64,000 nucleotides of DNA, taken from a virus (lineage: Duplodnaviria; Heunggongvirae; Uroviricota; Caudoviricetes). Numbering within the stretch: position 1 is the stretch's first letter; each line of letters starts with the position of its first letter. Location of the stretch: the IMG/VR virus record IMGVR_UViG_3300011008_000003. One strand, written 5' to 3'. Both the position numbers and the translations under genes were made by a program. Of this stretch, positions 9,594 to 20,100 are shown piece by piece. Under the pieces are notes generated by a model. The model made no database searches. It had not been told where the DNA came from and saw only the letters and a list, made by a program, of their open reading frames with translations.

Positions 9594-11957
9594 TTAAGGA
9601 TTCTTTGCACCCTTAATTTCGATTATACCGTTCGAGGCAGCCTTCAAGTCATTGACATACTTTTCAATTCTGTCTTTTGCCTTAGCCTGATACTTGATTA
9701 TGATAGAGAAATCTTCGCCGAGCTTAACTTCAATTTCGCTCTGGGTCTTTTCTTTAATCACTTCCATAATAGTCTGTATCTTAACAGTAATCAAAGTAAG
9801 CAATGCCTTAGAATCGACATCTTCCGGATGTTCAATAACATCTTGGAATGAAATCTTTCCCTTTGGCGTATTAATAACTGCTGCCTTTGGTGCTGCTGCC
9901 TTCTTTTCTGTAGCTTTCTTTGCCTTCGGGTCTGCTTCCGGCTTTTTAGGCTTTGCTGCCGATTTTTTAGTTTCAGATTCCTTTGCCGCAATTTCATCGA
10001 GATACTGTTTACGTAATTCTCTAGCTTGTTTTGGATCTTTTTCTTTCAATTCAGCCAATTTTGCCTTTTGTTCATCACTCAATTTATCATCTAATGCATT
10101 TTCATTAAGATGTAAAGATTCCATCAAGTAGTCATACAGATTCATAGCGAAAGATTCAGCTAATGGAATTGTATCAATAGCAGTAAGAAGATTCGACTTT
10201 GCTTGAGTGCTCAATTTCTTGAACTTATCGAAAATAAACTGAATAGCCAATGCACCAGTAGCATTTGCTGCCTTCTGTGCATCTGCATCAGCTGCCTTCT
10301 GAGCATCATTTTGGTCTTTAGTAATCCACTTAGAAGCCATTTCGAATAACGAAGTAAACTTTTCACGAATTGCATTAATTTCGTCTTGCTGTTTACTGAA
10401 ATTATTAGCGAGCTTCTGCATCAAACTCTGATGACCTTCAATTTCGCCTTGTGTAAAGCTACCGCGACGAATCGTAATCTTAGAAGCCGGAACAATACCG
10501 TTCAAATAAGTTTCGATATTATCAGTAGAAGTATTGCCTGTGAAAATGAACACAAGATTTGAACCTTCAGAACTTGCAGAAACGAAGTTTTCCTTACCAT
10601 GGTCAACGAGCGGCTTAAAGACTCTATCCTTTAAGCTTTCAGCCATATAGAATTCGGTATTATTATCGCCATTCAAAATCTTATTCTTAATCCAATCATC
10701 ATCGACCTTTACAGTAGCAATCTTAACTTCACGCGCAGTCTTTGCTTCAGGATAAATATCACCAATAAGTCCGACAACATGCTCAACAGCAAAACGAGTT
10801 CCCATAAGCCAAGAACCAGCGCCGCTAATACCTGTCAAAGTCTTACCGTTAATATCCGCACTTGCAGCCAATACCTTAGGACGATTTACAATCTTTCCTT
10901 CATAACGCTTACGTTCAGAAACCTTGACATCTGTTCCGTCCTGATTCAAACCTTCAGCAGCCTGTTCAGCAGTGTCACGGTCCTTAAAGTAAAGGTTGAA
11001 ACCGTAAGTCTTAACCGGAACAATTCCGAGATAATCATTAAGACCATCTTCATTCAAAGTCTTTAAGAAATCAACAATGTTATTATTAGCAACACTTGCA
11101 AGCTTATCAAAGAAATTACCTGCAGTAGCATTACTGTTTTCTTTCTTCAAATCTTCAGCGATTTTAACGATAGAGTCATCAGAAATCTTGTACGGAATAG
11201 AGAACACAGTAATGAGATTACCTTTCTTGGCAAATTCAGCATTCTTATCGATACGTTCCTTGACCTTATTATAAATGTTAGCAGTAACATTCATAACGAA
11301 ATCGCTCTGTTCGATATTTTCAGCAGTCGGGTTATTGAAAATGTTTCCCTTACCTGCTTTATCTCCCATTTCACGGTTCGTATAGGTAGTCTTAACTACT
11401 TCCGCAATTTCAGAAAGATAAGCCATATTGGTTGCAGTATCGTTCGTAGCCATGTTACCAATCAACTTAACAAAGCTGTTGGCATAAGCCTTCGGCTGAG
11501 CATCGTTGTATTTCTTAAACAGATAAATAACTTCGTTATCGTTTTTTACCTTTGCAATGATACGACCTTTAGCTTTACTATATCTTTCAGCAAGTTTCTT
11601 GATATATGTAGAAATAATCGTAGCTGCATTTTTCTTATATGTATCTTTGTCTGCCAGCGGATCTTTTTTCGTATCTGTGCCAGTAGTTGTAGAACCATCG
11701 GCAGGAGCAGAACCATCTTCTGGTTTTTTAGTTTCTCCTTCCTTCTTTTCTTCCTTCTTGAAAGTATCGTTATTAAGAAGCGCCTTAGCAATATGATTAA
11801 TGACTGCAGGATCTGCAAAATTAATTATAACACCGTAAGCTTCACGTTCCTTATCCTTACCTGTAAGACCAAACAAACCTTCGGACAGGATAAATTCAGA
11901 AGAATAGCTATTGGCTTTCTTTTTCTCATTAAGATATTCGTTAAATGAATCTACCAT
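9594..11957 (-). CDS. large late protein, possible internal head protein
   Basis: 787 aa, N-terminus MVDSFNEYLNE, late promoter upstream. Confidence 0.75.
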   Translation of the reverse strand: MVDSFNEYLNEKKKANSYSSEFILSEGLFGLTGKDKEREAYGVIINFADPAVINHIAKALLNNDTFKKEEKKEGETKKPEDGSAPADGSTTTGTDTKKDPLADKDTYKKNAATIISTYIKKLAERYSKAKGRIIAKVKNDNEVIYLFKKYNDAQPKAYANSFVKLIGNMATNDTATNMAYLSEIAEVVKTTYTNREMGDKAGKGNIFNNPTAENIEQSDFVMNVTANIYNKVKERIDKNAEFAKKGNLITVFSIPYKISDDSIVKIAEDLKKENSNATAGNFFDKLASVANNNIVDFLKTLNEDGLNDYLGIVPVKTYGFNLYFKDRDTAEQAAEGLNQDGTDVKVSERKRYEGKIVNRPKVLAASADINGKTLTGISGAGSWLMGTRFAVEHVVGLIGDIYPEAKTAREVKIATVKVDDDWIKNKILNGDNNTEFYMAESLKDRVFKPLVDHGKENFVSASSEGSNLVFIFTGNTSTDNIETYLNGIVPASKITIRRGSFTQGEIEGHQSLMQKLANNFSKQQDEINAIREKFTSLFEMASKWITKDQNDAQKAADADAQKAANATGALAIQFIFDKFKKLSTQAKSNLLTAIDTIPLAESFAMNLYDYLMESLHLNENALDDKLSDEQKAKLAELKEKDPKQARELRKQYLDEIAAKESETKKSAAKPKKPEADPKAKKATEKKAAAPKAAVINTPKGKISFQDVIEHPEDVDSKALLTLITVKIQTIMEVIKEKTQSEIEVKLGEDFSIIIKYQAKAKDRIEKYVNDLKAASNGIIEIKGAKNP

Positions 11958-11979
11958 AATAATTCCTTGTTCTTTTTAT

Positions 11980-11991
11980 TATTTATAAATA
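11980..11991. promoter_or_regulatory. overlapping bidirectional late promoter TATTTATAAATA
   Basis: TATAAATA on both strands between divergent ORFs. Confidence 0.75.
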
Positions 11992-11997
11992 AATTGT

Positions 11998-12801
11998 ATG
12001 ACGAACTTCAAAGATTACGTTCTTGACCAGATTGAATCCAGCGGCGACGATAGCCTCCTGGACGAGAAGATGTACTGGGAATATGTTACTAGAAACGGAA
12101 AACGTCAGAAAAAGTGGCATACCGATAAGAAAAACTACAGAATTCAGATAAACCGCAAGACTGGTCAGCCTAAAGAGGTCTTTATTACTCCTACGGAACG
12201 TCTAAAACGTAAAATCGGCCAGCGAAAAGCCGCACTGAAGCGTCGTTCTAAGCAGAAAAACATATCCGCAAGACGTCATAAGTCATTCAATGTCCGTAAG
12301 TTGGCCGGTATGAGATACAATACTGGTTCCTCGAGAGAAGATAAAAACAAAAAACACGGAAATTCGGATAACTACAGAGAACGCGATACATTGATGCCTA
12401 ACATGATGGAAGCATTGTTATTGGAATGGCCTCATGTTGAAATTCTTCCTGATACTTTCTGGGATTTCTATTCTGAAGTAGGAAACGAAGACGGTTCCTG
12501 GATTATGCAGCTTGTTACCCTTGTTCGTGAACAGGAAATGCATTCCATGAAGGAAGGGGATCCGAAAGACAATAATAACTCTACTGAATTCGAAAAACCG
12601 AAGGATGGAGTTATCAAGGTCTCTCCTGGTGAAATTGAACAGATTTTCTATGCGATTTCGACAGACATGTTCTGTGTCAACGCCATCAGGAAAGCTTATA
12701 AACTGTTAAGCTATGAAGACCGACTCGAATTCGATGAAGCCATGGTCGCTGGCGGACAAGGAAACTTTCTTAAAAAGGTAAAATCGGTCGATTATACATA
12801 A
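11998..12801 (+). CDS. prohead core protein gp68-like with C-terminal extension
   Basis: Acidic N-terminus then Arg/Lys-rich ERLKRKIGQRKAALKRR...RKLAGM. Confidence 0.55.
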   Translation: MTNFKDYVLDQIESSGDDSLLDEKMYWEYVTRNGKRQKKWHTDKKNYRIQINRKTGQPKEVFITPTERLKRKIGQRKAALKRRSKQKNISARRHKSFNVRKLAGMRYNTGSSREDKNKKHGNSDNYRERDTLMPNMMEALLLEWPHVEILPDTFWDFYSEVGNEDGSWIMQLVTLVREQEMHSMKEGDPKDNNNSTEFEKPKDGVIKVSPGEIEQIFYAISTDMFCVNAIRKAYKLLSYEDRLEFDEAMVAGGQGNFLKKVKSVDYT

Positions 12802-13261
12802 CCGGCTGGTCATAGACAAGGAACTGGTCAATACCAGATTCATCGGTCGATTCTTCCTTAGGACACCAGTTATCGAAATCCCATTTAAAGAAATCTGCAC
12901 AAACGAAATTATGGTCAATAATTTCGTTTATTTTTTCTGTAATCTTGACCTTATTCGAACGAAGTACATCACGGATTCTGTCTTTACAAACATCAACATT
13001 ATCCTGCATTAATTCAACACCGAATAATGTCTTTAATGCCGTAATAGGTTCAATACCGGAAGCAATTCGTTTTTCGAGCATACAAATAATCATATTACCA
13101 GAACCCATCGTAGGATCTAGATACTGTTCTTCCGGATTTGTCCATAGTTCCTTTGGAAACTGATTTATCATCGATTCAACAAGTTCCCTCGGAGTCCAAA
13201 CCTCGCCGTTCTTCTTGGCGATTTCCTTACTGACTACATGTTCATTAAATCTATTATCCAT
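12770..13261 (-). CDS. N6-adenine DNA methyltransferase N-terminal half
   Basis: GEVWTP, LDPTMGSGN, FGVEL, CADF; no NPPY. Confidence 0.75.
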   Translation of the reverse strand: MDNRFNEHVVSKEIAKKNGEVWTPRELVESMINQFPKELWTNPEEQYLDPTMGSGNMIICMLEKRIASGIEPITALKTLFGVELMQDNVDVCKDRIRDVLRSNKVKITEKINEIIDHNFVCADFFKWDFDNWCPKEESTDESGIDQFLVYDQPVMYNRPILPF

Positions 13262-13265
13262 AACA

Positions 13266-13958
13266 TTACCTAAATACGCAATAGTAACTGTTTCGTTTTT
13301 CACATAAGTTATTTGTTGCATGTATTGTGTCCATGCCGTCTCTAATTTCCATTGCTGTAAAATTTTTAAACTTTTTTACATCAGCCGGAGTCTTTATTGA
13401 AAGCAAGTTATTAATCATGTAAAAGAAAAGCTTGTCTTTTATCTTATCCGGCGGACTCATATCGACAGAAGGTAAAAGCCATATTTGATGCTTATTTTTA
13501 AGTACATTTATACATTCCTTAATCGATTTCGCCATAGCTGATTTTTCAGGAACTGCATCTGCACCTTTGCTCGGCATATTCAATTCATATCCGGTAAACC
13601 TTTTTGATACATATTTACCGTCAATATTAAATTTACCTTCATAACATGCATATCTGGCTCTGATATTAAGCAATACGTCATTATCCGGTTTCTTTACGAC
13701 GAAATTAATTTCAGAATACGGCTTAATAAAACTATACTCCATATTTTTTTCAAAACTACGACCAAGATCATAGTTAAGAATTTCGATATTATTATCGGCA
13801 AACATATCTAAAACAGTCTGCAAATCGCCCTTATTCTTAAGGACTTCGTTCTTTGCTTTCTCTACTGTTTTTATTTTCTTGTTAAAATCTTCGATATGGT
13901 TGTCAAAATGCTTGACAACTTCAGTCTTAAGCTTTTCAATTATTTTAGGCTCTGACAT
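13266..13958 (-). CDS. hypothetical protein (paralog group A)
   Basis: C-terminal similarity to 14328 and 14918 ORFs. Confidence 0.7.
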   Translation of the reverse strand: MSEPKIIEKLKTEVVKHFDNHIEDFNKKIKTVEKAKNEVLKNKGDLQTVLDMFADNNIEILNYDLGRSFEKNMEYSFIKPYSEINFVVKKPDNDVLLNIRARYACYEGKFNIDGKYVSKRFTGYELNMPSKGADAVPEKSAMAKSIKECINVLKNKHQIWLLPSVDMSPPDKIKDKLFFYMINNLLSIKTPADVKKFKNFTAMEIRDGMDTIHATNNLCEKRNSYYCVFR

Positions 13959-14331
13959 ACTGATATTCTCCAGCCAGACCTTCTACATCCAGAACAGCGG
14001 AAATGTTATTGACATACATCCGATAGCTATTATAAGCTTCCTGAACATATCCCTTCAGGCAAGAAAGGAATTTAACGATATTCGCATTACTGCCCGGATT
14101 ATGAAGCCTTACCGCATTGATACTGTGAATACTGCCTTCAGTTTGATTGTAGATATTAACATGAATATCGTTATAATGTTCATACATCGTAACGCTAAGC
14201 TCGAACTTTATCGAATTGATAAACAGTTCAATAGCAAACTCGCATCGTTCTGAACCCTTATGATATTCTATGAGTTTCATATCTGAAGGAATAACTGCTT
14301 CGATTGCTTCTTTGGAAAGGTCACAGGTCAT
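13945..14331 (-). CDS. hypothetical protein
   Basis: Overlapping operon ORF. Confidence 0.7.
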   Translation of the reverse strand: MTCDLSKEAIEAVIPSDMKLIEYHKGSERCEFAIELFINSIKFELSVTMYEHYNDIHVNIYNQTEGSIHSINAVRLHNPGSNANIVKFLSCLKGYVQEAYNSYRMYVNNISAVLDVEGLAGEYQYVRA

Positions 14332-14918
14332 AGCTTTTTCAACTCCCTAATTAATTCATGATTTTCTTTGATTGCCTTGCAGGTCAAACTCACATATTTG
14401 TTGTAATCATGTTCTGATTTTATGTTGCTCAAACCGTCCAATGCTAAAAAGAACGTATCAATTACTTCAGACGGGCTTTTTGCAAACAACTGTACAAACG
14501 GAGTTTGACAGCATGCACTATTCAACCAATATTGTTCCGGTAATCTCTTCTTATTAGTCGGAGACTTATGCTTTAAAGAGAAATACAATTTACCTTTGTT
14601 TGCTTTCGCAGACGATAACTTATAATTCAACGGAATAATGCCACCGCCGTCTTTCTGTACATTAACGGTAAATGCAAGCTCATTAGTATAAGCATTAGCT
14701 CTCGGATTATAATAATCGTCTTTGAGTGTTTGAAATCCATTATTATAAGATACAATCTTATAACCATGGTCTGCTAAGAGCTGTTCCATTACGGCAGAAT
14801 CTTCTCTGAAACGATTATAAACTGCTTGATAACGACTAGTAATGTTACTAATCGCCTTTTCATAGTATTCTCTCGTTTCCTTTATACCGTCATTTATGAT
14901 TTCATCAATTAATCCCAT
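14328..14918 (-). CDS. hypothetical protein (paralog group A)
   Basis: GKLYF...DTFF...TC...KEN. Confidence 0.75.
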   Translation of the reverse strand: MGLIDEIINDGIKETREYYEKAISNITSRYQAVYNRFREDSAVMEQLLADHGYKIVSYNNGFQTLKDDYYNPRANAYTNELAFTVNVQKDGGGIIPLNYKLSSAKANKGKLYFSLKHKSPTNKKRLPEQYWLNSACCQTPFVQLFAKSPSEVIDTFFLALDGLSNIKSEHDYNKYVSLTCKAIKENHELIRELKKL

Positions 14919-15505
14919 TAGTTCAACTCCTCAAGCATTTTGATATTCTTGATATTTTCCTTTGCGACATGGCAGGTATAATTGGTAAAATGTTCAGAAC
15001 TACGCTTCGTTTTCACTTCCTTCAATTCTCTGGCAAGCATAAAGAACGTATCTTTAAGTTCTTGTTCGCTGTGCAGGAATACATGGATTCTGGGTCTGGC
15101 ATACATTGCATTACGCATCATGCTGTATTCACTTTCTGTCTTAATGTTGACAAGCGTTTCATTTAGTTTAGTTTCAAACGTAAGATACAGCTTTCCATTT
15201 TTCTTCTTGTTCTTGCAGATAGCTACAGGAACCTTGAACTTTCCGCCGTCATTAGAAATACAGAAAGCGCATCGATTTGTCTTCAAATCGAATATCGAAT
15301 AGTCACACGCAGTAAAACCGTATTCTGCGATTAACTTATGAAACTTCGCAATATCTCCGTCCTCGTTAGCACAGTAGTTCTTCATCTTATTGAACTTATC
15401 CTGCTTTTCGGCAAGTTCGTTTTGAAGCTGCTTGATTTTTTCCTGAAGCTCTCGCTCGGACTTTTTAATTGCGGCACTGAGTGAATCATTAATTGAACTA
15501 TACAT
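14918..15505 (-). CDS. hypothetical protein (paralog group A)
   Basis: GKLYL...DTFF...TC...KEN; start MYSSIND. Confidence 0.75.
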   Translation of the reverse strand: MYSSINDSLSAAIKKSERELQEKIKQLQNELAEKQDKFNKMKNYCANEDGDIAKFHKLIAEYGFTACDYSIFDLKTNRCAFCISNDGGKFKVPVAICKNKKKNGKLYLTFETKLNETLVNIKTESEYSMMRNAMYARPRIHVFLHSEQELKDTFFMLARELKEVKTKRSSEHFTNYTCHVAKENIKNIKMLEELN

Positions 15506-15549
15506 ATTAGCTAATATAATAAAAAGGTTGACTTTCGTCAACCCTTATC

Positions 15550-15921
15550 TTATTCATTTCGCTTACGTTCGTGTTCTGCAATTCGCCTTGTAAATATTGC
15601 CCGGTTCTTATTAATCCAGTTGATAATATCCATAAACGCATTCTTTAGGTCAACCGGATCCAACTCAGTGCCTTTCGGCAAGTCTTCATCTCGAAGGTCC
15701 ATTGCCCATTTACCAGAATTGAATCTGAATTTTCGCTGGTCGATTTCGTCACGATACTTGTGACACTGTTCGATTGCCCAGTCTGGATAGTGCATTACGG
15801 TATTGACGCAATGCATAAGTAATGAATTGTATTTCGGATTATCCATCAGGCTCTCGATTGAACGCGAACCTGTAAACTTATTGATAATGTAGAAACGAAC
15901 GATTTGGACTACTGGTCTCAT
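15550..15921 (-). CDS. hypothetical protein
   Basis: GAGGTG RBS. Confidence 0.7.
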   Translation of the reverse strand: MRPVVQIVRFYIINKFTGSRSIESLMDNPKYNSLLMHCVNTVMHYPDWAIEQCHKYRDEIDQRKFRFNSGKWAMDLRDEDLPKGTELDPVDLKNAFMDIINWINKNRAIFTRRIAEHERKRNE

Positions 15922-15952
15922 GTTTTCACCTCATGTTTTATTTAAACAATTT

Positions 15953-15985
15953 AATCCTGCCTCAAACGGGCAGGATTCTTTTTTC
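15953..15985. terminator. stem-loop terminator
   Basis: AATCCTGCC/GGCAGGATT plus T-run. Confidence 0.55.
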
Positions 15986-16005
15986 TTATATAGTATATAT
16001 AATTT

Positions 16006-16950
16006 TCAATTTTTGATTTTCGCAAAAAGTCCAGTTATCATGCTAAGAATTTCTACATACCATGGCTTGTCTTCTTTAACAGGAATTGGATTCTTTTTTG
16101 CTGTAGTCTTAATCGTAGTTGTAGATTTCTCAACATTCTTTCGAATTTCAGCAAACGTTATATCTTCGGTCTTAACCAGTCCTTCTTTCTCGACCGGTTC
16201 CGGCGGAAGCAATGATTCTTCCCACTTTTCCTTAATATACTTTACCTGTGCATACGGTAAATCGAATTTATCTTTTCTGACCTGTGCATGTGTAAATATA
16301 CCCGTAAATTCCTGTGCACATTTATCGTTTTCGAACATACCTTCGAGCTTATAATTATGCGGAATATCGCATTGTTCGCAAAGCCAGTTAACAAGTTCAT
16401 AAACTGCTGTTTTCTGAGCTTCGGTCATTCTCGAATAATAATTATAGTTTCTGAAAAGAATATTTTCAACGTGTCTGTCTTCGACACAATAAAGCTGCTT
16501 ATAGGCGTTATAATATCCGTCAGAATGCCTATTAAGCGGCCCGTAATTGGATATTTCAATTCCTATTGCACTCTTACTCATTACTCCGTTAGTTCCGATA
16601 CATTTGGCACCGAGATGATAGGACCAGTTCTTTTCCTTATCCAACGGAATAAGATTATAGATATTTCCAAGCCTGTCGACAACATAATGAACTGAGACTT
16701 TGTTATCTGGTTTGGTCAAAGTCGCAATATCACCGGTTATGCTGCCGACGGTGAAATGCAAGCAAATCTGAGTTTTCTTCGCCTTGGATGTATAGTAATA
16801 GCTCCGGTCTTTCGTCCAGAGCCTATAAATCGAACTTTCGCCGATTTTTGTAGTTTCGGCGATTTCGAAAACTTTACCGTTAGAATCCTTTAGATTCTTC
16901 TTGAAAGTCGTTTCTCGTTTTTCTAAGGTATCTATAATCGCAGCATTCAT
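16006..16950 (-). CDS. N-acetylmuramoyl-L-alanine amidase (Amidase_2), probable endolysin
   Basis: ICLHFT, SVHYVVD, SYHLG, IGIEISN, FTH...KFD. Confidence 0.88.
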   Translation of the reverse strand: MNAAIIDTLEKRETTFKKNLKDSNGKVFEIAETTKIGESSIYRLWTKDRSYYYTSKAKKTQICLHFTVGSITGDIATLTKPDNKVSVHYVVDRLGNIYNLIPLDKEKNWSYHLGAKCIGTNGVMSKSAIGIEISNYGPLNRHSDGYYNAYKQLYCVEDRHVENILFRNYNYYSRMTEAQKTAVYELVNWLCEQCDIPHNYKLEGMFENDKCAQEFTGIFTHAQVRKDKFDLPYAQVKYIKEKWEESLLPPEPVEKEGLVKTEDITFAEIRKNVEKSTTTIKTTAKKNPIPVKEDKPWYVEILSMITGLFAKIKN

Positions 16951-16957
16951 ATATTAT

Positions 16958-17251
16958 TTATGTCTGCGGCTTATCATACCAGTAATACCCTACGTGATTT
17001 TCGTTCTCGTAATAGTTAAAACAATAGTGAGCTTTCTCAAGAGATACTGCATGGTTCATAATCTGCGTAATAGAAGAAGCAAGTTCTGAACTATTACGCT
17101 TATATTCCATGAATACGACATCCAAATCTTTCTGCATACCCGGAATTACTTCCTTGGTAAACAGTTCCTTTTCCTTTTCAGTCATTTCAGGAATATCGAT
17201 AATACGAATCCTTGGAGTATCTGACATATAATCCAAAGATACTTTTACCAT
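16958..17251 (-). CDS. hypothetical protein
   Basis: Operon ORF with GGAG RBS. Confidence 0.65.
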   Translation of the reverse strand: MVKVSLDYMSDTPRIRIIDIPEMTEKEKELFTKEVIPGMQKDLDVVFMEYKRNSSELASSITQIMNHAVSLEKAHYCFNYYENENHVGYYWYDKPQT

Positions 17252-17479
17252 TTATTCTCCCATGTGATGCAACAAGAATTCTTCGATTTCGCCAAATTCC
17301 ACTTCATGCTCCATATTGGCGAAATAAGTTACTTGAGTATCACCGTTAATGACACCTATAGTATCTTGCCCGTTCTTCAGTTCAAACAGTGTTTTCGTTT
17401 CATTCACCAAAACATTGGTAACCTGCTTAAGGTTAACAAGATTTTCAGAATTATTCTTTCGTACGATTTTAATATTCAT
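17252..17479 (-). CDS. hypothetical protein
   Basis: Operon ORF. Confidence 0.65.
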   Translation of the reverse strand: MNIKIVRKNNSENLVNLKQVTNVLVNETKTLFELKNGQDTIGVINGDTQVTYFANMEHEVEFGEIEEFLLHHMGE

Positions 17480-17481
17480 AA

Positions 17482-17847
17482 TTATACCAGCTTGTAAAAC
17501 AATTCGTTAATTTCTTTATACTTTAAACCTTTTTCTTCACAAACCTTCTTAAGATAATTCTGCTCTTCCTGAGCTTTCTTATCTTTCTTTGTAAGAGAAA
17601 CGAATTTGACATAGTAATCACCAGAAGTACAAGAAATAACGAAGTCAAAAACCGCGTTACATTCCTCTCCGTCTACTGCGGACTTATAGGATCCTGCCGG
17701 AACGGCATACATCCATTTACTAACGTCCTTCATAGTATCACACCACTTAGCGAACACATAAAACATTTTCTTATGTGTCGCAAACAATACATTGCCTGCA
17801 CATTTTTCAGGATGCTTTAACTTCACTGTAAGTTGTCTATGATTCAT
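17482..17847 (-). CDS. hypothetical protein
   Basis: Operon ORF. Confidence 0.65.
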   Translation of the reverse strand: MNHRQLTVKLKHPEKCAGNVLFATHKKMFYVFAKWCDTMKDVSKWMYAVPAGSYKSAVDGEECNAVFDFVISCTSGDYYVKFVSLTKKDKKAQEEQNYLKKVCEEKGLKYKEINELFYKLV

Positions 17848-18089
17848 TCTAAACCTGCCAAATCAAATTCTGTTTTAAGGTCACTTAATAGGAAAAATAT
17901 ATCTTTTTTCTTCTCTCGTAGTTCATCAATTTTTTCTTCGCTCAAATTATATGCTTTAGGATTACTCAGTACGTATTCGACAAACTTTAATTGTTCTTGA
18001 AGACTGCGTATGTCAGTTCCATACGCAATCTTTAATTGTTTAGCATTAAGCTTTTTAGAATCGTATCTGAATGTTCCCATTACATACAC
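17844..18089 (-). CDS. hypothetical protein
   Basis: Overlaps the gp44 stop. Confidence 0.6.
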   Translation of the reverse strand: MYVMGTFRYDSKKLNAKQLKIAYGTDIRSLQEQLKFVEYVLSNPKAYNLSEEKIDELREKKKDIFFLLSDLKTEFDLAGLE

Positions 18090-19021
18090 CCAAACAAAGA
18101 AACTATCGCTGCCGCAATCTGAATAGTCGGGTCGCTAGACAAAGCACACTGATATTCATACTGTGCCATGTTAAGGATAGCGTCACCCTTATTCTTAATT
18201 CTTGCGTCAGGAATAACCTTTTCCATAATGAACGAGAATACATCGCTAGGACTCAACCCGCATTCTGAAATATAAGCACGAGCTTCACCGAGCTTCTTGG
18301 TAAGAATCTTCTCTGCAAGTTCGTCACCGATTTCAAGATACTGTACGAGGCCAGAATCAATCTTTCCTCTCATCATAGCATACTGCTGTAATGCCGTAAT
18401 GATAGCACGGATAGACGGATATTTCTTTTCGATAAGGTCAATAACCGGCTGAACGTCGTATTCAATCTTCAAGAACTTGAGAATACCAATCATACGCTTC
18501 AGAATCTGTTCCTTGATTTCTTTCTGGTATTCCGGTTTTTTCATATCGAAATTAAATACCATTGTTCGACCGCCGACATCCTTGAGCGGGTCGATAATCT
18601 TCGCAATATAGTTACAAGTCAGAATGAAACGACAATTCTCTTGACACTTGTCGATATAGGAACGAAGTGCTTCTTGTCCTTTCGGAGTCATACCGTCTGC
18701 TTCGTCGAAAATAATAAGCTTCGGTTTGCCATTAAAAGCCATAGTCGAAGCAAAGTTCGTAACAGTTTCACGAATAGTCTCGATACCGTTGTCGTCAGAC
18801 GCATTAAGAAACAGATATTCTACATCGAGGTCATTAGCCAAAGCCTGTGCAAGAGTAGACTTGCCAGTACCCGGATAACCTGCAAGAATCAAATTCATCG
18901 ACGCACCAGCTTCGATAACCTTAGCACAAAAATTTCTATAGTCCTGCGGTAAAATAACATCTTTAACTGTCGTGGGACGGAAATAACCTTCCCAAACAGC
19001 TTCCTTAAGTTCATTAGCCAT
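18080..19021 (-). CDS. gp44: clamp loader large subunit
   Basis: W...RP, GYPGTGKS, NASDDNG, IFDEAD, NCRFILTCN. Confidence 0.95.
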   Translation of the reverse strand: MANELKEAVWEGYFRPTTVKDVILPQDYRNFCAKVIEAGASMNLILAGYPGTGKSTLAQALANDLDVEYLFLNASDDNGIETIRETVTNFASTMAFNGKPKLIIFDEADGMTPKGQEALRSYIDKCQENCRFILTCNYIAKIIDPLKDVGGRTMVFNFDMKKPEYQKEIKEQILKRMIGILKFLKIEYDVQPVIDLIEKKYPSIRAIITALQQYAMMRGKIDSGLVQYLEIGDELAEKILTKKLGEARAYISECGLSPSDVFSFIMEKVIPDARIKNKGDAILNMAQYEYQCALSSDPTIQIAAAIVSLFGCM

Positions 19022-19022
19022 A

Positions 19023-19325
19023 TTAGCCCTTCTTTTTCATTGCTCTGCGTTCTGCTCTATTCATCGGCTTATGCGGAATCTCGCCGATTTCCCTATCAAA
19101 CTTCTGCTTCGGGAAAATACAAGTGCATGCAATCGGTTCGCCGGAATCTGAATGACGTCCGACATAACCACGACCATGACACTTCTTACAATTCGGCTTA
19201 GGCTTCATAATTTCGATACCCATTGCCTGTGCAGCTTCGACTATGACCTTCCACGGGTCCATAGTCTTTAAATCCTGCTGCATTGCTTCTTCTGTCTGAT
19301 TCTGAAATACTTGTTCTACTGACAT
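19023..19325 (-). CDS. Zn-ribbon hypothetical protein
   Basis: CKKCHGRG...CTC, NRAERR. Confidence 0.65.
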   Translation of the reverse strand: MSVEQVFQNQTEEAMQQDLKTMDPWKVIVEAAQAMGIEIMKPKPNCKKCHGRGYVGRHSDSGEPIACTCIFPKQKFDREIGEIPHKPMNRAERRAMKKKG

Positions 19326-19326
19326 A

Positions 19327-20100
19327 TTAAACCCTACCTGCTGCCTGTACACGCTGTCTGGAGACATAAAGATCCAACTTAATCTGGTCGTCACGCATCA
19401 TATGGAAATTAATCAATCCACGAGGGTCGATAACCATCTTATATTCTGCACTCGGAAGAAGCAAAATACCTTCTTTATCCGTAGTGAACGTAAAGTCCTG
19501 GGTAACAGGAACAGGCAAATCATATTCAATCTTATAAGAGTTAGACGTTGCAAGACATACAAACGAAATAATCAACTTGTTGCCTTTACCAGTAAACTTA
19601 ATACCAGACTTTTCTGTACGTTCCTGGGTGAGGTTAATCATCTTCTGAAGATGGTCAATCTGTGCCTTAGTAAAGTTAAGGCTCGTCGCAGGATTCTGCA
19701 AATCGACATTGCTGAACTTCGGTTCATCAATCATGCCATCTGCGGCTGTACGATACGTAAACTGCTGATTACTCTTAGAAGACTTGATAATAATATTATG
19801 GACTTCGCCTTCATCTGTAAGCGAAGTATCAAGAACTGGAACTTCGTTAAGTTCCACATTTTTATCCGGATTATTGAAAATATCGAAGAATGACTTAAAT
19901 TTCTTATATTCGAAGAAACGGACTGCATTACCCGGGAATTCGAAATATTCCCATGGGCAAGAAAGTCGATATACAACCTTCTTTGTCACTTCTTGTGCGA
20001 CAAGAACGATAGAACCGTCTTGTTCTTTAGCGAACTTTAACTGTTGCTGAATAGGAGAAAGCTTAGATACTAGGTCGAGTAATTCTATATTATAGTTCAT
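19327..20100 (-). CDS. gp45: DNA polymerase sliding clamp
   Basis: Size, position before gp44, S.IQQQL.F and LLPSAEY pattern. Confidence 0.7.
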   Translation of the reverse strand: MNYNIELLDLVSKLSPIQQQLKFAKEQDGSIVLVAQEVTKKVVYRLSCPWEYFEFPGNAVRFFEYKKFKSFFDIFNNPDKNVELNEVPVLDTSLTDEGEVHNIIIKSSKSNQQFTYRTAADGMIDEPKFSNVDLQNPATSLNFTKAQIDHLQKMINLTQERTEKSGIKFTGKGNKLIISFVCLATSNSYKIEYDLPVPVTQDFTFTTDKEGILLLPSAEYKMVIDPRGLINFHMMRDDQIKLDLYVSRQRVQAAGRV

